Shown here one piece after another: positions 30,354 to 39,076 of a DNA stretch of 64,000 nucleotides (position 1 is the stretch's first letter; each line of letters opens with the position of its first letter). The notes below the pieces were generated by a model. That model did no database searches and was not told the origin of the DNA. It was given only the letters and a program-made list of their open reading frames with translations. The DNA is from an uncultured Smithella sp. (GTDB lineage: Bacteria; Desulfobacterota; Syntrophia; Syntrophales; Smithellaceae), in NCBI GenBank assembly GCA_964646755.1, contig CAZYIE010000001.1:4160-68159 (forward strand), written 5' to 3'. A program made the position numbers and the translations under genes.

Positions 30354-30470
30354 TTACCGGCTGTTAGGGGCCGTTGCGAGTCTTGTGACCTCGCGTGACC
30401 TTTAGGTTATAAGGTTATGGCAAGACCATAACATTTCCAGCCATTTTGTTACGGCCCCTTATGCCGGTTA
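30354..30470. other. Structured intergenic element (long closing stem plus two internal hairpins); candidate ncRNA or miniature repeat
   Basis: 30356-30361 and 30366-30374 pair with 30463-30468 and 30451-30459. Internal hairpins are GCGAG/CTCGC (30376-30394) and GTTATGG/CCATAAC (30414-30432). Confidence 0.3.
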
Positions 30471-30551
30471 CGATATAACAATGTTACAGTTATTGTTGAA
30501 CAACGGCCTGGTGCACATATAATTACTCGGGCGATCAAAGAAGCTTTTTCT

Positions 30552-31331
30552 ATGCAAAATCAATCTCATCTTTGGGGGAAAATAGCATTTTTGATTATTG
30601 CCGTCACTTTGCATGTTGCCTGCACTAAACATATTATTATTCCTCATGATCCTTCAACTCAAAAAGTTCTTTTTTCGGTTTCGGGTATTGTTTCGGAGTA
30701 TGATATATTGAGTGCTGTCGCTCAGATTGATTTAGTTACGCCCGGAGTTTATTATACGGCAAGAGCAGCTCTCATTATAAAAAAACCTTCATATATGCGA
30801 TTAGAGCTTCTTCCTCCAATGGGGCCACCCGATTTTTTTCTGACCACAACTCCTCACGAAATGAAAATTTTATTGCCGTCAAAAGGTGAGTTTTACCGGG
30901 GAGCGCCTACGGGACATAATTTGTCGCGATTTTTGCCCTGGCAATTTAATATTGAAGATATCGTTGCGATATTTGCCGGTACTTATCCTCCCTTAACCGG
31001 GGATGTTGCTTATTTACGCTACCCGGAGGGAAATGATTTGCGGATAGAGATGAAAGCTCAATCCGGAATGTCGCAAACAGTCTGGATAGGATCAGATAAC
31101 CGTTTGAGCAAGCTTGTCCGCTATGATGAAAAAGAAAATGTACTCTACAGTGCAGAATTTGCCGATTATGAAGAAGGCAATTCCATTGCCGGTAAAATCA
31201 CTGTGAGCATAGCCGAAGGCGTAACTTCAATCACCATAAAATATTCCAATCTTAAACTTGAAAATGCAAAAGATGTATCTATATTTGATTTGCCTGTGCC
31301 CGCCGGTTTTAAAACAATCATGCTGGATTAA
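30552..31331 (+). CDS. LolB-like/DUF4292 outer-membrane lipoprotein
   Basis: A signal peptide with a Cys, then SYMRLELLPPMGPPDFFLTT...EFYRG, typical of DUF4292. It follows the TPR gene, as in related clusters. Confidence 0.6.
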   Translation: MQNQSHLWGKIAFLIIAVTLHVACTKHIIIPHDPSTQKVLFSVSGIVSEYDILSAVAQIDLVTPGVYYTARAALIIKKPSYMRLELLPPMGPPDFFLTTTPHEMKILLPSKGEFYRGAPTGHNLSRFLPWQFNIEDIVAIFAGTYPPLTGDVAYLRYPEGNDLRIEMKAQSGMSQTVWIGSDNRLSKLVRYDEKENVLYSAEFADYEEGNSIAGKITVSIAEGVTSITIKYSNLKLENAKDVSIFDLPVPAGFKTIMLD

Positions 31332-31606
31332 TACCAATTCACTTGTAAGTTGCCTTACTACCTATACCGTAAGTATCTTTTTCTATGCGCATCCCCTTCT
31401 TGTTTGCGGATAAGTGTTGAGGATAAGTTGACTGATTTTGAAAAGTATGCAAGACTACCTTCGACTATAGTTAGAATAGTGTCGTACAAGTTTGAAAATA
31501 GCTATTATGCTGAGAGATTAAGCCTCAATCTATAGCGTCAGACGAAGATCATCTGCTTGCTTCCAATGAGGGAAGTGATTTGGTATCTTCAAGTCACGGA
31601 GAGAGC

Positions 31607-32518
31607 ATGGCAAAAAAACATTTTATGGCGGTACTGGTAGTTGTTCTGTGCATGGGAATGCTGCCTGTTCCGGTAGCCACAGGATTCTCAAAAACGCCGA
31701 TAACCTTGGCCTCTCATCGGAATTCTTTATCTCCTGAAGTTGGCCGGGATCCAAGGAAACTTGTGTTGCGTTCTGCAGTTGCCTTGGTAGAAGACCAGCA
31801 AACAGGTGAGCTTCTGGTTCAGAAACAAGCGACGGCGGTATCGCCTATTGCTTCCATCACCAAACTCATGACCGCCATGGTAGTGCTTGATGCCAAAATT
31901 GATCTTATGGAATCAATAACCATCGAATCTGGAGATATGGATATCCTTCGTCACAGCCACTCCCGTCTGCCTGTTGGTATTCACTTAAAACGCAAAGATG
32001 CTCTGCTGCTGGCCTTGATGTCTTCCGATAATCGCTCCGCTCACGCACTGGGACGAACTTATCCCGGCGGTTTCGATGCCTGCGTGACTGCTATGAATAC
32101 AAAAGCTCAGGCAATGGGACTGCTGGAGACCCACTTTGATGACACCACTGGCCTATCGAAAGGCAATGTTTCCTCTGCTCGTGATTTGGCGCGGTTGGTG
32201 GATGCTGCCTACAAGTATCGTCTTATCCGGGAATTCACAACCTGCAAAAAAGCTACAGTTCATTCAGGAAGACGCATACTGCAATTCCGTAATACCAATC
32301 ATTTGATTCAAAATCCTCGTTGGCAGATAGGTCTATCCAAGACGGGCTATATTGATGAAGCAGGACGATGCTTGGTGATGCAAGCCCATGTGGCCCGGCG
32401 TCCCCTACTTATTGTGTTGCTTGATTCACAAGGCAGGCTGACCCGTGTCGGTGACGCCAACCGGATAAAGAAGTGGCTAGAAGGGTCATCCTCGTCAACG
32501 CGAACGCGAAGAGGATAA
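31607..32518 (+). CDS. pbpG: D-alanyl-D-alanine endopeptidase/carboxypeptidase (S11, PbpG-like)
   Basis: SITK (SxxK), SDN and KTG motifs in order. The ATG at 31607 follows a GGAGAGAG RBS. Confidence 0.8.
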   Translation: MAKKHFMAVLVVVLCMGMLPVPVATGFSKTPITLASHRNSLSPEVGRDPRKLVLRSAVALVEDQQTGELLVQKQATAVSPIASITKLMTAMVVLDAKIDLMESITIESGDMDILRHSHSRLPVGIHLKRKDALLLALMSSDNRSAHALGRTYPGGFDACVTAMNTKAQAMGLLETHFDDTTGLSKGNVSSARDLARLVDAAYKYRLIREFTTCKKATVHSGRRILQFRNTNHLIQNPRWQIGLSKTGYIDEAGRCLVMQAHVARRPLLIVLLDSQGRLTRVGDANRIKKWLEGSSSSTRTRRG

Positions 32519-32547
32519 TTTGCTTTCCGCTGATTCGATCTGCAAAA

Positions 32548-33501
32548 TTATTTTTTCTTATACAGATACCTTTCGAAGAAACGGTTATAATTTGACCAAT
32601 CGGAATCAGTATTGTTGGAATCAGCTGTGAATGATTGAAATGCGTTGAGTTTGGCATCGAGATCATCCATGTAGTGTACAACCAGCGCTTCCATTGTTTT
32701 TGGACGTTTGGGTGATCCGTATTCAAATTCTCCATGATGGCTCAAAATAACATGGCGCAGTTCCAGCGCCAGCTGCACCGGGAAATCAGGGATAGCTGCT
32801 ATCTTCTTGTTGATCATCTCCACACCCATAACAATATGGCCGATTAATCTGCCTTCGTCGCTGTACTCAATCAGCTGATCATAGGAAAATTCGTAAATTT
32901 TGCCAATGTCATGCAGGATTCCTCCCGCAATGAGCATGTCCCTGTCCAGATACTGGTAATGTTCGGCGATTTTTGTTAGCAGGCGCACAACAGAAAGTGT
33001 ATGTTCCAGCAGGCCACCTAAGTAAATATGATGAAAACCCTTAGCTGCCGGAGCTCTCTTAAAAAGGTCAGCCGTCTTTTCTTCTTTAAAAAATCCAAAA
33101 AGCAACTCTTGCAGCGGTTTGTTCTGCACTGTTTCCACGTAGGCAAGCAGCTCGTCATACATAGCAATTACATCGCCCTTGGCGCCGGGCAGATAGTCCG
33201 TTGGTTCAACTTCTTCCCAATTACATTTTTTAATGGAGATGATGGAAATTTGAATGGAGTTTTTATAAGTATTTGCTCTGCCTTCAATGGCAATGATATC
33301 GCCTTTTTTAAATTGCTGATCAAATTCCACGGCGTTATCCCATACTTTGCCGTCCAGATCGCCGGTTTTGTCTTTCAGCTTCACTGTCAGATAAGGAGCG
33401 CCCTTTAGCGAAAAGGCCATATTTTTTTCTGCAACTAAAAAAGAAGAAGATATTTTTTCGCCCTGCTTGATGTCTTTGAGATAAATACTTTTTGTTTTCA
33501 A
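32548..33501 (-). CDS. OB-fold plus HD-domain 3'-5' exoribonuclease (YhaM-like)
   Basis: An N-terminal OB fold (YLTVKLKDKTGDLDGKVW) and an HD domain (GGLLEHTL...GILHDIGK). Confidence 0.75.
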   Translation of the reverse strand: MKTKSIYLKDIKQGEKISSSFLVAEKNMAFSLKGAPYLTVKLKDKTGDLDGKVWDNAVEFDQQFKKGDIIAIEGRANTYKNSIQISIISIKKCNWEEVEPTDYLPGAKGDVIAMYDELLAYVETVQNKPLQELLFGFFKEEKTADLFKRAPAAKGFHHIYLGGLLEHTLSVVRLLTKIAEHYQYLDRDMLIAGGILHDIGKIYEFSYDQLIEYSDEGRLIGHIVMGVEMINKKIAAIPDFPVQLALELRHVILSHHGEFEYGSPKRPKTMEALVVHYMDDLDAKLNAFQSFTADSNNTDSDWSNYNRFFERYLYKKK

Positions 33502-33558
33502 ATTATATTATCCGCCTTTCTGAAATAATATTATCCTCGGTATTTATTTATGGAACCG

Positions 33559-35472
33559 TTATATTTTTTCTCTCAGGATCCGATGATCTTCTACACGAAC
33601 GGTCAGCTTATTCATATCAAAATATTCCATCAGCGGAATAATATATTTGCGGGAAAGGTTGGTTAACTCTTTGAAACTGCCCGGTGTTGCCTTGCCATCT
33701 TTTATCAACAGTGCTTTATAGTCTTTTCGTAATTGCTCGAGAGATTCGCGGTCAAAGCAGAGATCTTCGTTGATCTTGGTTAATTGACCATTTTTAATCA
33801 TTAGTTTAATTATGCTTTGCGCTTGGGATTTCTGATCTTTAAAACCGGCAATAACATCAGTAAGAGCAGGCGGTGTCAGGCCGGCTTTTTTGTAAATCCC
33901 GGTAATCGCAAGGCGAATTGAATCAAGATTTCCGGTCATTTGAATCTGGTGCGTTGTCAGACGCACATTATCTTTATCACTGACAATTATTTTATTTTTG
34001 CCTAAGCTGCGCAAGGCCATGTTAAATAATTTCGTGGAGACCGGACGGCCCAGAGCAGCTTTCAGTTCTTCCTTGGAGATGCCCTCTTGCAGAGGATTCT
34101 TTTCATGATAGGCCTCAATATTCCGAGTAATCAGCTCTTCGAGTTGATGATAAAAATATTCAGAGATTACCGATGTGTCTTCGCCATCCAATAAAATTGC
34201 CTTCTGCCGGGAAAATAAATTTTCCAATACTTCTTTAATTTTCCTGGCGTTTACCCCTAAGCGAAAGGCGAGGCCGTAGAGACTGATACCGTTAAATCCG
34301 GTTCTTTCCATAATTGCAGAAATTCTTTCCGGCAACGATCCGTGTTGCAGTTGATGCAATTCGCTTAAGACTTTTTCATTTTGTCTTTTGTGCTTTACAG
34401 GTAGTGGATCGATAATCTGGCCACCGCCGATTGTGGTTACCGGCGAGTAACTGCGCAAAACGAAATGTTCACCGGCAACAACAACAGTTTTATTGACCAG
34501 AACCAGCTGGGCATAAGCCTTTTCTCCCGGAGGAAGCTCGTCTTGCTCAAGCAATACTATCCGGGCGATGACTTCACTTGTTCCTGTGTGCAGACGTACT
34601 AGGGTCCTGTTTTTCAGGCTTTTAGAATTTTCAGCCAGATATTCGACAAAAATATCCAGCCGTTGCGATGGCCAGACGGTTTGCGGACGAACCAGAACGT
34701 CACCCCGGTTGATACTTGATTTTTCTGCCCCTTGCAGGTTTATTGCTGTGCGCTGTCCAGACCATGATTTTTCCACAGGCTGATTATGTACTTGAAGACC
34801 TCGAATACGTGAGGTCATTTTTGCCGGAAGAATTTGCACTTCTTCTCCAACTTTAATGCAGTCGGAAACCAGTGTTCCGGTGATAACGGTGCCAAAGCCT
34901 TTCATTGTAAAAACGCGATCCACGGGCAGGCGAAATATGCCATCATCAGTTTTTTCAGTAATTTGTTTTACCGTCGCATCTATCGCGTCTATGAGACCAG
35001 ACAGGCCTTCCTGTCTGGTGGCGGATACCGGTACAACCGGAGCATCCTCCAAAAAAGAGCCGCAGAGAAATTCGGCTATCTCTGATTTGACCAGTTCCAA
35101 CCAGTCTGCTTCAACCAGATCAATTTTCGTTAATGCGACGAGGCCGCAAGTAATACCCAGGAGCGAGCAGATATGCAGGTGTTCTTTTGTCTGCGGCATA
35201 ATGCCTTCATCGGCTGCTATAACCAGCATTACCAAATCAATGCCTGCCGCTCCGGAAACCATATTTTTAATAAACTTTTCATGTCCCGGGACATCAACAA
35301 TACCGACTGTTTGTCCGGAAGGAAGTGTAAGCGAGGCAAATCCCAGTTCAATAGTAATGCCTCTTTCTTTTTCTTCTTTTAAACGGTCAGTATCAATACC
35401 GGTAAGTGCTTTGATTAATGCAGTTTTTCCATGATCGACATGTCCTGCTGTACCTAAAACAAAATGTTTCAT
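33559..35472 (-). CDS. selB: Selenocysteine-specific translation elongation factor SelB
   Basis: GTPase motifs [19 protein letters not shown] and TKID, followed by about 270 aa of winged-helix C-terminal domains. Length is 637 aa. Confidence 0.9.
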   Translation of the reverse strand: MKHFVLGTAGHVDHGKTALIKALTGIDTDRLKEEKERGITIELGFASLTLPSGQTVGIVDVPGHEKFIKNMVSGAAGIDLVMLVIAADEGIMPQTKEHLHICSLLGITCGLVALTKIDLVEADWLELVKSEIAEFLCGSFLEDAPVVPVSATRQEGLSGLIDAIDATVKQITEKTDDGIFRLPVDRVFTMKGFGTVITGTLVSDCIKVGEEVQILPAKMTSRIRGLQVHNQPVEKSWSGQRTAINLQGAEKSSINRGDVLVRPQTVWPSQRLDIFVEYLAENSKSLKNRTLVRLHTGTSEVIARIVLLEQDELPPGEKAYAQLVLVNKTVVVAGEHFVLRSYSPVTTIGGGQIIDPLPVKHKRQNEKVLSELHQLQHGSLPERISAIMERTGFNGISLYGLAFRLGVNARKIKEVLENLFSRQKAILLDGEDTSVISEYFYHQLEELITRNIEAYHEKNPLQEGISKEELKAALGRPVSTKLFNMALRSLGKNKIIVSDKDNVRLTTHQIQMTGNLDSIRLAITGIYKKAGLTPPALTDVIAGFKDQKSQAQSIIKLMIKNGQLTKINEDLCFDRESLEQLRKDYKALLIKDGKATPGSFKELTNLSRKYIIPLMEYFDMNKLTVRVEDHRILREKI

Positions 35473-35628
35473 GTTTGAGAAACTAACAAACTCCTCATTT
35501 TTTCACAACATCATATTTCAAGTATTATTATCCGAGGAAGAAACTGCACAATGCCAAAAAGGTGATGAAATTTAGTTGTTGAAAATGCCGCCGGTAATTG
35601 TTAGGAACAAACTACAGAGAGGTGGCGT

Positions 35629-36054
35629 TTGCGTATTCTTGGTCTGGACTATGGTGAAAGAAGAATTGGTGTAGCTATTTGTGATGAGTTGGGGTTTACA
35701 GCCCAGGGTTTGCCGACGATCATTCGAAAAACGAAAAAACACGATTGGGAGATTCTATCAGGTTTAATCAAAAACTTTAATGTCGAGAAAATTGTAATCG
35801 GTTATCCTGTTCGCCTTGATGGTTCCGAAGGAATCCAATGTGAAAAAGTTAACCGGTTTGCCGTGCTTTTAAATAAAACTTTTTCCTTATCGATAATTAA
35901 ATGGCCAGAGACTCTATCCACAAAAGAGGCTGAAGAAATATTGATTAATTCCGGTATGCATTGGAAAAAAAGGAAGAAAACAGTAGATAGACTGGCCGCC
36001 TGCATTATCCTTCAGGGTTACCTGGACTCCTTAGGCCCGAAAAAAATTAATTAA
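35629..36054 (+). CDS. ruvX: Holliday-junction-resolvase-like nuclease RuvX (YqgF)
   Basis: ILGLDYGERRIGVAICD. TTG start after a GAGAGGTGG RBS. Length is 141 aa. Confidence 0.85.
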   Translation: MRILGLDYGERRIGVAICDELGFTAQGLPTIIRKTKKHDWEILSGLIKNFNVEKIVIGYPVRLDGSEGIQCEKVNRFAVLLNKTFSLSIIKWPETLSTKEAEEILINSGMHWKKRKKTVDRLAACIILQGYLDSLGPKKIN

Positions 36055-36073
36055 TCCTAGAAAAATAAATAAT

Positions 36074-37087
36074 ATGAAAAAGCTACTAACTAAAAAAAAA
36101 TACGTTGTCTTGCTGCTTGTTGTTGGCATTTTTATATATCTTACGTTGCTGATAAATTATTCCACGAGTCCCATTGACAAGAAAAATACCCCGGTTATTG
36201 TTGATATACCTAACGGTTCTAGTTTCCTGAAACTTACCGAAATTCTTAATGATGCCGGAATGATCAAAAGCCGGATATTGTTTTACGGTCTGGCGATAAC
36301 CAGGCAGGCGTTGAGTTCTATTCGCGCAGGTGAATATGAATTTAATACTTCCATGACTCCGTCTGCCGTTATTTATAAGCTGCTTCGGGGTGAAATCAAA
36401 ACTTATCGTGTGACTATTCCGGAAGATTATTCCTTAAAAGAAATAGCTACCCGCCTTCTGGAATATAAATTAATCGATGAGGAATCTTTTTTTGAACTGG
36501 CCGAGGATGAAGAATTCTTGACGTCTGTGGGCATAAAGGCCTCTTCTGTTGAAGGGTATCTCTTTCCGGAGACATATTATTTTGACAGATCCATGAGTAC
36601 GCGCCAGATTATGCGCATTATGGTCAACCAGTTTTGGAAGAAAGTTACACCGGCGATGCTGGATAGAGCGGCGAAGATGGGTTTTAGCGTTCAGCAATAT
36701 ATAACGCTGGCCTCAATCATCGGCAAAGAATCAGGTAGCAATGATGAAAAACCATTGATCTCAGCGGTATTTCACAACAGATTAAAAAGAAAAATGCGCC
36801 TGCAAAGCGATCCGACCGCTGTATATGACTTGGAAAATTTTGAAGGTGCTGTAAAGCGCAGTCATCTGAAAAGAAATTCACCTTATAATACTTATATCAT
36901 CAGTGGTTTGCCCCCGGGACCAATTGCCAATCCCGGGCTTGATTCCTTCAAAGCAACTATTTCCCCGGCAAACGTTAATTATCTTTACTTTGTTCTTCAG
37001 CGTGATGGTTCGCACTTTTTTTCCTCTTCCCTCGAAATTCATAATCAAGCAGTTTCCCGTTATCGAGGAAATAAAAATAGAAACTAG
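36074..37087 (+). CDS. mltG: Endolytic murein transglycosylase MltG (YceG family)
   Basis: SVEGYLFPETYYF, ITLASIIGKES, QSDPT and NTYIISGLPPGPIANPG. Confidence 0.9.
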   Translation: MKKLLTKKKYVVLLLVVGIFIYLTLLINYSTSPIDKKNTPVIVDIPNGSSFLKLTEILNDAGMIKSRILFYGLAITRQALSSIRAGEYEFNTSMTPSAVIYKLLRGEIKTYRVTIPEDYSLKEIATRLLEYKLIDEESFFELAEDEEFLTSVGIKASSVEGYLFPETYYFDRSMSTRQIMRIMVNQFWKKVTPAMLDRAAKMGFSVQQYITLASIIGKESGSNDEKPLISAVFHNRLKRKMRLQSDPTAVYDLENFEGAVKRSHLKRNSPYNTYIISGLPPGPIANPGLDSFKATISPANVNYLYFVLQRDGSHFFSSSLEIHNQAVSRYRGNKNRN

Positions 37088-37279
37088 AGTTTATTCATCT
37101 TTTTGTATCATCTTAAACATTCAATATCATTATTAATTTATTAATCTGTGTGATTCTTTAATCATCAACAAAAAAATATTTTGCGGTCTATTTGGAAGCG
37201 GCGAAATTCGACCAGGAACATTTCCGTGATTTTCTGAGTGATTTTAAGTCAATAAATCAAAAAAAGTTAAAATTTTTTC

Positions 37280-37308
37280 TTGACAAAGCCAATGACCATC
37301 TTTATAGT
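37280..37308 (+). promoter_or_regulatory. Putative Pmra promoter of the dcw cluster
   Basis: TTGACA (37280-37285), a 17-nt spacer, then TATAGT (37303-37308), about 40 nt upstream of the mraZ GTG start. Confidence 0.5.
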
Positions 37309-37315
37309 CAGCCAC

Positions 37316-37339
37316 GTGGAGTAAAGTGGTTTATTGTGG
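37316..37339 (+). promoter_or_regulatory. Candidate MraZ operator: three GTGG direct repeats at exact 10-bp spacing
   Basis: GTGG occurs at 37316, 37326 and 37336, immediately downstream of the -10 element. Confidence 0.5.
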
Positions 37340-37349
37340 AGGGATATAA

Positions 37350-37796
37350 GTGTCAGATTTTCGTGGCCAATACCATCACAGCATTGATGAAAAGGGTAGA
37401 ATCATCTTTCCCTCCAAGTTTCGGGAAGTTTTCGCGGAGAAGTATGACAACCGGATGGTCATTACCAACTGGGATGGATATCTGATAGTATTTCCTTTTG
37501 CTGAATGGCGTCTCATTGAAGAAAAAGTATCACAAAAGCCTATTTTAAACAAAGGTTTTCGTGATTTCCAACGTTTCTTCATGTCCGGAGCTGTTGACTG
37601 CAATCTGGATGGCCAGGGACGCGTGCTCATACCGCCGACATTACGTGAATATGCAAAATTGGAAAAAGATATAGTTTTGGCCGGAATGCTGAAAAATATT
37701 GAAATTTGGCCCAAAGACCGTTTCGAAGAAAAACTGAAACTGTCCAGCGGTGAAATTGATAAAGATAATGATATTGCCTCCGATCTGGGAATTTAA
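37350..37796 (+). CDS. mraZ: Transcriptional regulator MraZ
   Basis: [22 protein letters not shown] and a second [13 protein letters not shown] half (duplicated SpoVT/AbrB-like units). GTG start. Confidence 0.9.
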   Translation: MSDFRGQYHHSIDEKGRIIFPSKFREVFAEKYDNRMVITNWDGYLIVFPFAEWRLIEEKVSQKPILNKGFRDFQRFFMSGAVDCNLDGQGRVLIPPTLREYAKLEKDIVLAGMLKNIEIWPKDRFEEKLKLSSGEIDKDNDIASDLGI

Positions 37797-37799
37797 GGC

Positions 37800-38735
37800 A
37801 TGGATACCGACTTCCATCATGAGCCGGTAATGCTGAAAGAAGTTGTCGATTGGCTTTGTATCAAGAGAAACGGAATCTACGTGGATGGCACTGTCGGGGG
37901 CGCAGGCCATGCTTATGCGATACTTAAGGAAACCAATGGTTTTTTAGTTGGTATTGACTGTGACGATGATGCCCTATCGGCAGCAGGGGAGCGACTGGCC
38001 GAATTCGGCTCCCGAAAGGTGCTTGTAAAAGCTAATTTTGCCGAGCTTGGATCGGTTTTGGAAAATTTGCAGATAAAAAAGGTTGATGGCATTCTCCTGG
38101 ACATGGGGGTTTCTTCGCCCCAACTGGATAAAGCTGAAAGAGGCTTTAGTTTTAATCAACCGGCGCCACTGGATATGCGGATGGATCGCAGTTTGAAGAT
38201 CAGCGCTTACGATATTGTCAACAGCTTTGCCCAAAAAGATTTGGAAAAAATTATTCGTACTTTCGGGGAAGAAAAGATGGCAAGTAGAATTGCAAGGGCA
38301 ATATCGCAAAAAAGACAGTCATCTCCTCTGGAAACGACAGTCGAACTGGCTGCCGTTATTGCTTCCGCCATGCCCGTGAAATTGCGCTGGCAAAAAATTC
38401 ATCCCGCTACAAAAACATTTCAAGCAATTAGAATTGCCGTTAATAGTGAATTGGACAGCATCAAACCGGCAATTGATTCTGCCGTGAGAATATTAAATCA
38501 CGGTGGCCGCATTGGTATTATCTCTTTTCATTCTTTGGAAGACCGGATTGTTAAAAACGAATTTCGTGACCTCGAGGGCGCTTGCATCTGTCCCAAAGAT
38601 GTGCCGATTTGCACTTGCAAGCGGCAGGCAATGCTCAAAGTGCTGACGAAAAAAGCGTTGATTCCTTCATCTGTCGAAATAGCAGCAAATCCACGCTCAC
38701 GCAGTGCCAAGTTGCGCGTGGCTCAGAGGATTTAA
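37800..38735 (+). CDS. rsmH: 16S rRNA (cytosine1402-N4)-methyltransferase RsmH
   Basis: HEPVMLKEVVD, YVDGTVGGAGHA, DMGVSSPQLD and SFHSLEDRIVK. Confidence 0.95.
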   Translation: MDTDFHHEPVMLKEVVDWLCIKRNGIYVDGTVGGAGHAYAILKETNGFLVGIDCDDDALSAAGERLAEFGSRKVLVKANFAELGSVLENLQIKKVDGILLDMGVSSPQLDKAERGFSFNQPAPLDMRMDRSLKISAYDIVNSFAQKDLEKIIRTFGEEKMASRIARAISQKRQSSPLETTVELAAVIASAMPVKLRWQKIHPATKTFQAIRIAVNSELDSIKPAIDSAVRILNHGGRIGIISFHSLEDRIVKNEFRDLEGACICPKDVPICTCKRQAMLKVLTKKALIPSSVEIAANPRSRSAKLRVAQRI

Positions 38736-38736
38736 C

Positions 38737-39075
38737 ATGGAACAGGCTGTCAGCGTACAGGCGATAACGCATGTAGGGGAGGAGAAGAAGTCATCGTCCG
38801 GCATTAAGTATCCGACTTTTATTGTTGTGGCGATAGTGTTGATGTTTGTTGCCCTAATATACGTTGGTTCGCACATTCGCATGACGGAACTGGAATATAA
38901 AGTTGCTGCGGAATTAAGCGCTAATGAACAAATGCAGGAAGAACAAAAAAAACTGAAGCTGGAATATGCGATGCTTAAGTCACCGCAGCGAATAGAAGGC
39001 ATAGCAAGAAGCAGATTGCTAATGTCCTATCCTGAAAGAGATCAAGTAATAGTCTTGAAAAATTCGGGAGAGTAA
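38737..39075 (+). CDS. ftsL: Cell division protein FtsL-like
   Basis: Single TM segment plus coiled coil, with LKSPQRIEGIA. It lies between rsmH and ftsI. The ATG is 1 nt after the rsmH stop. Confidence 0.7.
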   Translation: MEQAVSVQAITHVGEEKKSSSGIKYPTFIVVAIVLMFVALIYVGSHIRMTELEYKVAAELSANEQMQEEQKKLKLEYAMLKSPQRIEGIARSRLLMSYPERDQVIVLKNSGE

Positions 39076-39076
39076 G

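Noticed and set aside
31350-31535. 61-aa ORF between the LolB-like and pbpG-like genes.
   Set aside because: It has a TTG-type start context without an RBS, Cys/Tyr-rich odd composition, and no motif. It is probably non-coding spacer.
33559-35472. A selenoprotein gene or SECIS element near selB.
   Set aside because: I looked for adjacent same-frame ORFs separated by a single TGA. The only candidate was the 8928-9172 locus, and its in-frame continuation after TGA hits another stop within 5 codons. selA and selD are not in the window.
37192-37485. 97-aa ORF upstream of and overlapping mraZ.
   Set aside because: It spans the Pmra -35/-10 elements and the GTGG repeat array, and runs into mraZ in another frame. 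It has no RBS, so the region is regulatory rather than coding.
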